In this document: in pieces, positions 1-7,562 of the stretch
Layout: each line of letters starts with the position of its first letter
Position numbering within the stretch: the first letter of the stretch is position 1
DNA from: Thermoanaerobaculia bacterium
GTDB taxonomy: Bacteria; Acidobacteriota; Thermoanaerobaculia; UBA5066
Assembly (NCBI GenBank): GCA_041482235.1
Contig: JBGPDK010000002.1
Coordinates: 1 to 59,267, forward strand
DNA: 59,267 bases
Direction of reading: 5' to 3'
Notes under the pieces: generated by a model
What the model was told of the DNA's origin: nothing
Databases searched by the model: none
What the model saw: only the letters and a program-made list of their open reading frames with translations
Program-made: the position numbers and the translations under genes

Positions 1-639
1 CGCGACCTCCTCGGCTCGATGAAGCTCTTCGGCTTCTTCCTCGCGGTGCTGAACATCGTCCTCGAATTCCGGCACAAAGACCGCTCCCTCGGACCGTTCC
101 TGATGCCGGCGGCCCTCGTGTTCCTCCTTCTCGCGGCGCTCCAGACGTCGCCCGTGCGCCCGAACGCTCCCGCGCTCAAGGGGCCGATCTTCGCGCTCCA
201 CGTGACGCTCAACATGCTCGCGTATGCCGCGTTCGCGGTCGCCTGCGCGCTGTCGCTGCTCTATGTCGTCGTGGGGCGTTCGCTCAAGAAGAGAGCCTTC
301 TCAGGGCCCGCCTCGCGACTCCCGAGCCTCTCCTACCTCGAGCGGGCGAACCGCACGTCGCTGTCATTGGGCATCGCGTCGCTCTCGGTCGGGCTTCTGC
401 TCGGGCTTTTCTGGGCCTCGCGCATGTGGAAGGGAGAGCACCCGCTGTGGGCGCTCGACCCGAAGATCTGGTTCGCGCTCGCGACGCTCGCGTTCTACAT
501 TTTCGTCCTCGCGCGCGCCCGCCGGGGCGCGGCGCCGGTGTCGACGGCGCGCCTCTCGATCGCCGGGTTCGTGCTCGTTCTCCTCTCGTACACCGCGGTC
601 AACGTCCTCGTCAGCAAGCTCCACGACTTCACGTCATGA
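1..639 (+). CDS. cytochrome c assembly protein, CcsA/HemX-like (5' partial)
   Basis: Polytopic hydrophobic protein with a degenerate W-rich ...PLWALDPKIW... motif. The frame is open from nt 1, so the ATG at 19 is probably internal. Its stop overlaps the hemA ATG (ATGA at 636-639), the usual position of HemX-type genes. Confidence 0.6.
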   Translation, partial: RDLLGSMKLFGFFLAVLNIVLEFRHKDRSLGPFLMPAALVFLLLAALQTSPVRPNAPALKGPIFALHVTLNMLAYAAFAVACALSLLYVVVGRSLKKRAFSGPASRLPSLSYLERANRTSLSLGIASLSVGLLLGLFWASRMWKGEHPLWALDPKIWFALATLAFYIFVLARARRGAAPVSTARLSIAGFVLVLLSYTAVNVLVSKLHDFTS

Positions 640-1907
640 ACCTCCTCTTCGTCGGCTGGAATCACCGCGCGGCGCCTCTCGATCTGAGAGAGAGACTCGC
701 CTTCACGCCGGAGAAGGCCCGCGAGGCGCTCGACGGCCTTTTCGCGGAGCACATCCTGTCCGAGGGCGCGATCGTCTCCACATGCAACCGCGCCGAGATC
801 TATGGAATCTCCGCCCGCGAGGACGGCCTCGACGCGCTCGCCGGCTTCTTCTCGCGGTTTCACCACGTGGACGACGCGCTCCTCAGGCAGACGGCGCTCT
901 CGGGCCATGGCGACGCCACGGTTCGGCACCTTTTTCGCGTCGCCGCGGGCCTCGATTCGATGGTTCTCGGCGAGGCGCAGATCCTCGGACAGATCCGTGA
1001 AGCGCACCGCCTCGCGACGGCGGCGGGCACGGTGCGCACCGTGACGAACCGGCTTTTCATGAACGCCCTCGAGTGCGGCAAGCGCGTGCGGGCCGAGACG
1101 GCGCTCGGCCAGAAGCCCACGTCCGTCGCGGGCCTCGCGCTCGCCCTCGCCGGGCGTATCTTCGAGTCGCTCAAGGGCCGGAAAGTTCTCCTCATCGGCG
1201 CGGGCGAGACCGCCGAGCTCACGGCCCGGCTCCTCGCCGACGACGGCGTGTCGGAGATTCTCGTCGCGAACCGCTCGCACGAGAGAGGCGAGGCCCTCGC
1301 GGCGGCCGTCCGCGGGAGGGCGGTGCGGTGGGAAGACCGCGCCCGGGTGGCGGCGGGGGTCGACCTCGTCCTCTGCGCAACGAACGCGACCGAGCCCGTT
1401 CTCACGGCCGGGGCCCTGCGCACGGCGCTTCACGGGACGCCTCGGCGCGGCCCCCTCCTCGTTCTCGACCTCGCCGTGCCGCGCGACGTCGAGCAGGAGG
1501 TCGGGGAGCTCTCCGACGTCTACCGTTACGACCTCGACGGGCTCGAGGAGATGGCCGCCGCGAACTCGCGGGCGCGCGCGAACGAGGTGCCGCGCGCGGA
1601 GGCCATCGTCGAGGAATGCGTCCTGAAGTTCCAGGAGTGGTGGGGCGGGCTCCTGCAGGGCGATGTCGTGCGCGGCCTGAGGGAGAAGCTCGAGAGCATC
1701 CGCCTGGCCGAGCTCGAGAAATACGCGGGCAAGCTCGGCGCGATGGGCGGGTCGGAGAGAGCCGCCGTCGAGCGCCTCACGGAGACGCTCGTCGCGCACA
1801 TCCTCCACGATCCGATGGTGGGCTTGAAGGAAGGCGACGGCTCCGAGCGCCTCGAACGCGCCGCCGCGGTGCGCGCTCTGTTCCGCCTCGACGAAAGGCC
1901 GAAATGA
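636..1907 (+). CDS. hemA: glutamyl-tRNA reductase
   Basis: Internal start MNLLFVGWNHRAAPLDLRERLAF. It has the STCNRAEIY active-site block, LGEAQILGQ and the NADPH fold VLLIGAGETAE. The long upstream part of ORF 426..1907 is Arg/Pro-rich read-through. Confidence 0.9.
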   Translation: MNLLFVGWNHRAAPLDLRERLAFTPEKAREALDGLFAEHILSEGAIVSTCNRAEIYGISAREDGLDALAGFFSRFHHVDDALLRQTALSGHGDATVRHLFRVAAGLDSMVLGEAQILGQIREAHRLATAAGTVRTVTNRLFMNALECGKRVRAETALGQKPTSVAGLALALAGRIFESLKGRKVLLIGAGETAELTARLLADDGVSEILVANRSHERGEALAAAVRGRAVRWEDRARVAAGVDLVLCATNATEPVLTAGALRTALHGTPRRGPLLVLDLAVPRDVEQEVGELSDVYRYDLDGLEEMAAANSRARANEVPRAEAIVEECVLKFQEWWGGLLQGDVVRGLREKLESIRLAELEKYAGKLGAMGGSERAAVERLTETLVAHILHDPMVGLKEGDGSERLERAAAVRALFRLDERPK

Positions 1908-2893
1908 CGGCCACCGCCGCCAGGCGCCCGCTCCGGATGGGAACGCGCGCCAGCGCGCTGGCGCGCACGCAGTCGGGAGCGGTGGCCGCGGAGATCACGC
2001 GTGCCACCGGCCACCCCGTCGAGACCGTCATCGTGCGCACGCAGGGCGACCAGCTCTCGAGCGAGGGCAAGGCGCCTCCCGGCGGGGACGAGGCCGGTGT
2101 CTTCGTGCGCGCGCTCGATGAGGCGCTCTTACGGAACGAGATCGACTTCGCCGTCCACTCCCTGAAGGACGTGCCGACGACGGTGGTCCCGGGCCTCGTT
2201 CTCGCCGCCGTGCCCGCGCGCGCGGACGCCCGCGACGCGCTCGTCGTGGCGTCGCGTCACGAGGGCGTCGCGTCTCTCGCGGCGCTGCCGAAGGGAGCGC
2301 GCGTCGCGACGTCCAGCCCGCGGCGTATCGCCCAGCTCCTGCGGCTCCGCCCGGATCTCGTGGCCGTGTCGATGGCGGGCAACGTCGACACACGCCTCCG
2401 ACGCCTCGAGGAGGGACGGGCCGACGCCCTCCTCCTCGCGTGTGCCGGCCTCGACCGGCTCGGCAAGGGAGGCGTCATCACGTGCCGGCTGGAGCGTGAC
2501 GAGATGCTCGGGGCGCCCGCGCAGGGCGCCCTCGGTGTCGGTTGTCGGGCGGACGACGCCGAGACGATCGCCGCGTTGAAGGCGATGGACCACCAGCCCA
2601 CGCGAGCTGCCGCCGAGGCCGAGCGTGAGCTTCTGCAGTTTCTCAGAGGGGGTTGTCGGGCGCCTGTCGGCGCCCGAGGATTCTTAGGAGGTGAAGAGGG
2701 CCGCCAGACCTTGAAGCTCACCGGTCGCGTTCTCTCGCTGGATGGCCGGGAGTGCCTCGAAGACGAGATGAACGCGCCCCTGGCTGATTTGCTCTCTAGG
2801 AAAATCTTCCTCGGCCGTGCCCTCGCCGAGCGCCTTCTCGCGCGCGGCGCAGCGCGGCTCATCGACGCGGCGCGCGAGCGGACGCCGGGGTGA
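1904..2893 (+). CDS. hemC: porphobilinogen deaminase (hydroxymethylbilane synthase)
   Basis: LRMGTRASALARTQ N-terminus, HSLKDVPT, TSSPRRIAQL, GNVDTRLRRL and the GGC cofactor cysteine block. ATGA overlap with hemA. Confidence 0.9.
   Translation: MTATAARRPLRMGTRASALARTQSGAVAAEITRATGHPVETVIVRTQGDQLSSEGKAPPGGDEAGVFVRALDEALLRNEIDFAVHSLKDVPTTVVPGLVLAAVPARADARDALVVASRHEGVASLAALPKGARVATSSPRRIAQLLRLRPDLVAVSMAGNVDTRLRRLEEGRADALLLACAGLDRLGKGGVITCRLERDEMLGAPAQGALGVGCRADDAETIAALKAMDHQPTRAAAEAERELLQFLRGGCRAPVGARGFLGGEEGRQTLKLTGRVLSLDGRECLEDEMNAPLADLLSRKIFLGRALAERLLARGAARLIDAARERTPG
2676..2702 (+). repeat. AT-rich repeat copy, forward arm, inside hemC
   Basis: GAGGATTCTTAGGAGGTGAAGAGGGCC matches the consensus GAAGATTTTCTTAGAAAGGTGAATAGGGCC. 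Translated in frame as GFLGGEEG. Confidence 0.7.
2786..2812 (-). repeat. AT-rich repeat copy, reverse arm, inside hemC
   Basis: The reverse complement reads GAGGAAGATTTTCCTAGAGAGCAAATC. Translated in frame as DLLSRKIFL. Confidence 0.75.
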
Positions 2894-3672
2894 GCGGCAG
2901 GATTCTGCTCCTGCGCTCCGGCTCGGCCGAATCCGATGACGCTCTTCCCCCGGACGTGACCGTACTTCATACGCATTCCGTCGCGCCGCGTCCCGAGGGC
3001 GTCGCCGAGGCGCTCGCGTTCGACGCGCGCGGAGCGACGCTCGTCATCTCGTCGAAGGAGACGGTCAGGGTTTTTGAGTCCAGGGAAGATTGGCTCCCTC
3101 TCTTGAGCTCCCCTTTCGCGCAGATGCTTGCGGTGGGGGAGGGCACGGGGGATTTGCTTAGAAAGGTGAATACGGGCGAGCGGCGCGACGGCACTCCTCG
3201 CGGAGCTTCAACCTACAGTGGGGCTTCCGAGACGCAGATCGTTGTTCCGACGGTCCCGGGAGCCGCGGGGGTCATTCACTTTCTAGGAAAATCTTCGGTT
3301 CCCTCTCAAGTGCGCATCCTGTGGCCGCGCGGGTCGGACGCGGCGGCTGGTCCGCTGGAGGAAGTTCGCGCCCTTGGCGTGGCGCTCTCTGCCCCTGTCG
3401 TCTACGTCAAGCGCGCGCTCGCGCCGTCCGAGCTGGACCCCTCCGTCCTCGCCGATTTCCACGCCGGGCGCTTTTCGGCCGTCGCCGTGGGCTCGACGGC
3501 CGGCTTGGATGCCCTCCTCGCGGCCGTCTCGGCGCCTCCGCACGTAAGATGGGGCGTGCTCGGGCCCGAGACCGCGAAGGCCGTGGTGGCTCGCGGACTT
3601 CCCGATCCTCTGGTTCCGGCGCACGCGCGCCTCACCGATCTCCTCGAACTCCTCCGGAAGGAAACACGATGA
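2890..3672 (+). CDS. hemD: uroporphyrinogen-III synthase
   Basis: A 260 aa two-lobed HemD-like protein placed between hemC and hemB. GTGA and ATGA overlaps on either side. The family is weakly conserved, so the call leans on context. Confidence 0.7.
   Translation: MSGRILLLRSGSAESDDALPPDVTVLHTHSVAPRPEGVAEALAFDARGATLVISSKETVRVFESREDWLPLLSSPFAQMLAVGEGTGDLLRKVNTGERRDGTPRGASTYSGASETQIVVPTVPGAAGVIHFLGKSSVPSQVRILWPRGSDAAAGPLEEVRALGVALSAPVVYVKRALAPSELDPSVLADFHAGRFSAVAVGSTAGLDALLAAVSAPPHVRWGVLGPETAKAVVARGLPDPLVPAHARLTDLLELLRKETR
3147..3177 (+). repeat. AT-rich repeat copy, forward arm, inside hemD
   Basis: GGGGATTTGCTTAGAAAGGTGAATACGGGC. Translated as DLLRKVNTG. Confidence 0.8.
3267..3298 (-). repeat. 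AT-rich repeat copy, reverse arm, inside hemD
   Basis: The reverse complement reads CCGAAGATTTTCCTAGAAAGTGAATGACCCC, the best match to the consensus. Translated as HFLGKSSV. Confidence 0.85.
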
Positions 3673-4640
3673 GCTTTCCCCTCCACCGCTACCGCCGCCT
3701 GAGGCGCTCCGAGAGCCTGCGGACGCTCGTCCGGGAGACTTCCCTCGCCCCTTCGGACTTCATCGCGCCGCTCTTCGTCGTGCCCGGGCGCGGCGTGCGC
3801 CAGCCCGTGCCGTCCATGCCGGGCATCGACCGCGTGTCGCCCGATCTCGCAGCGAAGGACGTGAAGGCGCTCGCGTCGCTCGGCGTTCTTTCCGTGATCC
3901 TGTTCGGGATCCCCGAGGACAAGGACGCGGTGGGAACGTCCTCCGCCGACAACGAGGGCCCGGTCTGCCAGGCCGTGCGGGCGATCAAGGCCGAGAATCC
4001 GGCGACCGTCGTCATGACGGACGTATGCCTCTGCGAATACACCGATCACGGCCATTGCGGCGTCATCGCGCACGACGCGGTGGACAACGATGCGACGCTT
4101 CCCCTCCTCGCGGCCGAGGCGCTCGCTCACGCGAAGGCGGGCGCGGACGTCGTCGCGCCGTCCGACATGATGGACGGGCGCGTCGGGGCGATCCGCGTGG
4201 CCCTCGACGGCGCGGGTTATCGCGACGTGGCGCTTCTCGCGTACGCCGCGAAGTACGCCTCGGGTTTCTACGGCCCGTTCCGCGAGGCCGCCGAGTCGAC
4301 GCCGTCCTTCGGCGACCGCCGCGCCTACCAGATGGATCCGGCGAACGTGCGCGAAGCCGTCAAGGAGGTCCTTTCCGACGTCGAGGAGGGCGCGGACCTC
4401 GTGATGGTCAAGCCGGCGCTTTCGTATCTCGACGTCGTCCGCGCGGCGAAGGAGGCCACGCTCGTGCCGCTCGCCTGCTACAACGTGTCGGGCGAGTACG
4501 CGATGGTGAAGGCGGCCGCCGCGAACGGCTGGATCGACGGCAAGCGCGTGACGCTCGAGATCCTGACCTCGATGAAGCGCGCGGGGGCGGACCTCATCCT
4601 CACCTATCACGCGAAGGAAGCCGCCCAATGGATCGGATGA
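3669..4640 (+). CDS. hemB: porphobilinogen synthase (delta-aminolevulinate dehydratase)
   Basis: MSFPLHRYRRLRRSESLR N-terminus, CLCEYTDHGHCG metal site, APSDMMDGRV, YAAKYASGFYGPFR and YQMDPAN blocks. Confidence 0.9.
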   Translation: MSFPLHRYRRLRRSESLRTLVRETSLAPSDFIAPLFVVPGRGVRQPVPSMPGIDRVSPDLAAKDVKALASLGVLSVILFGIPEDKDAVGTSSADNEGPVCQAVRAIKAENPATVVMTDVCLCEYTDHGHCGVIAHDAVDNDATLPLLAAEALAHAKAGADVVAPSDMMDGRVGAIRVALDGAGYRDVALLAYAAKYASGFYGPFREAAESTPSFGDRRAYQMDPANVREAVKEVLSDVEEGADLVMVKPALSYLDVVRAAKEATLVPLACYNVSGEYAMVKAAAANGWIDGKRVTLEILTSMKRAGADLILTYHAKEAAQWIG

Positions 4641-6004
4641 AGAAAGATTCTCTTGGAAAGAAAGAGGGGGCGGCGGCCCCCGCTCGAAAGCGCACCCGCA
4701 GAACCGTACAGTCCGCGGCGCTGTTCGCGCGGGCTCGGCTGCGCATGCCGGGTGGCGTGAGCAGCCCCGTGCGCTCGTTCGCGTCCGTCGGCGGGACGCC
4801 GTTTTTCGTGAAGAAGGGCCGCGGAGCGACGCTGATCGACGCCGACGGGAACCGCTACGTGGACTGGGTCATGTCCTACGGCCCGCTCCTGTTCGGGCAC
4901 GCCCATACCCCGATCTTGTCGGCCGTCCGAAGAGCCCTGCCCCGCGGCACGTCATACGGCGCTCCTACCCGGGGCGAGGTGGAGCTCGCCGAACGCGTCA
5001 CGAAGGCGTTTCCCTCGATGGAGAAGGTGCGGTTCGTGTCCTCCGGCACGGAAGCCGCGATGAGCGCGGTGCGCCTCGCGCGCGGCGCCACGGGCCGCGA
5101 TCTCATCCTGAAGTTCGCGGGCTGCTACCACGGGCACGCCGACTCGTTCCTCGTCTCCGCGGGCTCCGGCGTCGCGACGCTCGGGATTCCCGGCTCGCCC
5201 GGCGTCCCCGGCTCTCTCGCCGGCCTCACGCTCACGGCGCGGTACAACGACCTCGCCTCGGTCGAGGCGCTCTTCGCCGCGCACCCGAAGCGCATCGCGG
5301 TGATCGCGGTCGAGCCGATCGCCGCCAACATGGGGGTCGTGGCGCCCGCGCCGGGGTTTCTCGAGGGCCTCCGCGCGATCGCCCAGCGCGAGGGCGCGCT
5401 GCTGCTTTTCGACGAGGTCATCAGCGGATTCCGCGTCGCGAAGGGCGGCGCGCAGGAGTTGTACGGAGTCCGTTCCGACCTCACCTGCCTCGGAAAGATC
5501 CTCGGGGGCGGACTGCCGGTCGGGGCGTATGGCGGCCGCGCGGACCTCATGGCGAAGGTCGCGCCGGACGGCCCCGTCTATCAGGCCGGGACACTCTCGG
5601 GAAACCCGCTCGCCATGGCGGCGGGGAAAGCGATGCTCGATTCCCTCACGCCCGCCGCTTACGCGAAGCTCGAGAAGACCGCGGTTGCGCTCGAACGCGG
5701 GATGAACGGCGCCGCGAGGAAGCTGGGCGTCGGGAACCGCGTCGTGATCAACCGCGTGGGGTCGATCCTCACGCCGTTCTTCACGAAGGGTCCCGTCACG
5801 AACTTCGACGAGGCGAAGAAGTCCGACCTCGAGGCGTTCAGGCGGTGGTTCCACGCGCTCCTCGGAAACGGCGTCTTCGTCGCGCCGGCGCAGTTCGAGG
5901 CCATGTTCGTCTCGACCGCCCACACGCCCCGCGACGTCGCGGCCACCGTGAAGGCGCACGAGGCCGGCCTCAGGGAGGCCTTCGGTTTGACGGCCGGCGG
6001 GTGA
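4637..6004 (+). CDS. hemL: glutamate-1-semialdehyde 2,1-aminomutase
   Basis: PGGVSSPVRSF, YGPLLFGHAH, FDEVISGFRV and LGKILGGGLPVGAYGG (PLP lysine block). I chose the start at the ATGA overlap with the hemB stop. An ATG at 4628 is the alternative. Confidence 0.88.
   Translation: MKKDSLGKKEGAAAPARKRTRRTVQSAALFARARLRMPGGVSSPVRSFASVGGTPFFVKKGRGATLIDADGNRYVDWVMSYGPLLFGHAHTPILSAVRRALPRGTSYGAPTRGEVELAERVTKAFPSMEKVRFVSSGTEAAMSAVRLARGATGRDLILKFAGCYHGHADSFLVSAGSGVATLGIPGSPGVPGSLAGLTLTARYNDLASVEALFAAHPKRIAVIAVEPIAANMGVVAPAPGFLEGLRAIAQREGALLLFDEVISGFRVAKGGAQELYGVRSDLTCLGKILGGGLPVGAYGGRADLMAKVAPDGPVYQAGTLSGNPLAMAAGKAMLDSLTPAAYAKLEKTAVALERGMNGAARKLGVGNRVVINRVGSILTPFFTKGPVTNFDEAKKSDLEAFRRWFHALLGNGVFVAPAQFEAMFVSTAHTPRDVAATVKAHEAGLREAFGLTAGG
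4639..4670 (+). repeat. degenerate AT-rich repeat copy at the hemB/hemL junction
   Basis: GAAGAAAGATTCTCTTGGAAAGAAAGAGGGGG encodes the non-conserved hemL N-terminal extension KKDSLGKKEG. Confidence 0.5.
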
Positions 6005-7275
6005 GGCCCTCGCTCGACGCCCTCCGGGAGGAAGCGAGGTCGCTCGACCGCGAGGACCCGCTCGCGCGGTTTCGCGAGGAGTTCGTCATCGACGAGGAGG
6101 GCCCTCTCTATCTCGACGGGAACTCCCTCGGGCGCCTCCCGAAGCGCACCGCCGCGCTCGTCGAGCGCGCCGTGAGCGCCGAGTGGGGCTCGCGCCTCGT
6201 GCGCGGCTGGAACGAGGGCTGGATGGACGCGCCGCGCCGCGTGGGCGACAAGCTCGCGCGCGTCCTCGGCGCGGGTCCCGGCGAGGTCGCGGTCTCGGAC
6301 GCGACGAGCGTGAACCTCTTCAAGCTCGCCGTCGCCGCGCTCCGCGCGCGCCCCGAACGAAGGACGATCGTCACGGACGCGCTCAACTTCCCCTCGGACC
6401 TCTATGTCCTCGGCGGCGCGGCGGACCTTCTCGGCGCCGGCCGGCGCGTCGCCGTCGTGCCCGCGCGCGATGGAATCGGGGTCGATGCCGCGGACCTCGA
6501 CGCGGCGATCACCCAGGACACCGCGCTCGTCTCGCTCTCCCACGTGGCATACAAGAGCGGCTTCCTCCACGACATGGAGGCCGTCACGTCACGCGCGCAC
6601 GCCGAGGGCGCGCTCGTCCTGTGGGACGTGAGTCATTCCGCGGGCGCCGTTCCGGTCGAGCTCGAAGCCTCCGGCGCGGACCTCGCGGTGGGATGCACGT
6701 ACAAGTACCTGAACGGCGGGCCGGGCGCCCCCGCGTTCCTCTATGTCCGGCGCTCTCTCCAGCAGGAGCTCGAAAACCCGATCCACGGCTGGTTCTCGCG
6801 GCACGAACCCTTCTCTTTTCACGAGAGCTACGAGCCGGCGCGCGATCTCTCGCGGTTCCTCGTGGGCACGCCGCCGATCCTCTCGCTCGCCGCGGCAGAG
6901 GCGGGAGTGGATCTCGCGCTCGAGGCGGGGATCGACCGCGCGCGGGCGAAGTCGGTCGCGCAGGGGAAGTTCCTCGTGCGTCTCTGGGAGGCTCTTCTCG
7001 AGCCGCACGGCGTCACCCTGAGGTCGCCGCGAGAGGCCGCCCGGCGGGGCTCTCACGTCTCGTTCGGGCATCCCGAGGGCCTCGCCATCGACCGCGCGCT
7101 CATCGAGGAAATGGACGTCATTCCCGATTTCCGGCCGCCGGACGTGATCCGCTTCGGATTCGCGCCTCTCACCACGCGCTTCGAGGACCTCGCAGAAGGA
7201 ATCAGGCGCTTCCGGCGCGTGCTCGACGAGGGGCGCTGGCGGCGTTACACGGACGCGAAACCGGCCGTCACGTGA
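6001..7275 (+). CDS. kynU: kynureninase-like class V PLP-dependent enzyme
   Basis: DREDPLARFREEF...LYLDGNSLG N-terminus, SHVAYKSGF, WDVSHSAGAVP and CTYKYLNGGPGAPAF are typical kynureninase blocks. GTG start in a GTGA overlap with hemL. Confidence 0.65.
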   Translation: MRPSLDALREEARSLDREDPLARFREEFVIDEEGPLYLDGNSLGRLPKRTAALVERAVSAEWGSRLVRGWNEGWMDAPRRVGDKLARVLGAGPGEVAVSDATSVNLFKLAVAALRARPERRTIVTDALNFPSDLYVLGGAADLLGAGRRVAVVPARDGIGVDAADLDAAITQDTALVSLSHVAYKSGFLHDMEAVTSRAHAEGALVLWDVSHSAGAVPVELEASGADLAVGCTYKYLNGGPGAPAFLYVRRSLQQELENPIHGWFSRHEPFSFHESYEPARDLSRFLVGTPPILSLAAAEAGVDLALEAGIDRARAKSVAQGKFLVRLWEALLEPHGVTLRSPREAARRGSHVSFGHPEGLAIDRALIEEMDVIPDFRPPDVIRFGFAPLTTRFEDLAEGIRRFRRVLDEGRWRRYTDAKPAVT

Positions 7276-7436
7276 GAAAAGGCGGAAAAAGCTAAACCTG
7301 AGGGTTGTCTTGTTCAGGAAAGGGGTATCCTCCCCGCGCAACGCGGCCTCCGGATCCCGTTTTGGGGTATTCCATGAAGAAGTCCCCGCATCGCTGGCCA
7401 GCACCCGGATCGCCGGCGCTTGTTCCTCCTAGTCAT

Positions 7437-7454
7437 TTGATGCAACTGAATCAA
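7437..7454. promoter_or_regulatory. inverted repeat TTGAT-N8-ATCAA upstream of the cytochrome cluster (candidate operator)
   Basis: TTGATGCAACTGAATCAA is a perfect 5+5 inverted repeat about 110 nt upstream of the mtrC-like ATG. The half-sites are those of CRP/FNR boxes, but the spacer is 8 rather than 4. Confidence 0.25.
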
Positions 7455-7549
7455 AGCGGCGCGTGCGACAGGCCGCTACCCTGAGAAGCGAATGAAAACC
7501 ACCACTTTCACCGAGCGTCGGTTCGTTTAACGTTCCCTTCATTTCCGGC

Positions 7550-7556
7550 AAGGAGG
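7550..7556 (+). promoter_or_regulatory. ribosome-binding site of the mtrC-like gene
   Basis: AAGGAGG lies 6 nt upstream of the ATG at 7563. Confidence 0.6.
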
Positions 7557-7562
7557 CTGACC

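Noticed and set aside
2676-3298. The inverted repeat pairs inside hemC and hemD as intragenic invertons (invertase-flipped coding segments).
   Set aside because: By my manual phase calculation, flipping the hemC segment would stay in frame with an open antisense frame. But that is the stop-poor antisense frame whose third codon positions coincide with the sense frame, so it is open for compositional reasons. In hemD the inverted arm would bring ...AGA AAG TGA into frame and truncate the protein. No invertase gene is in the window. I keep it only as something long reads could exclude.
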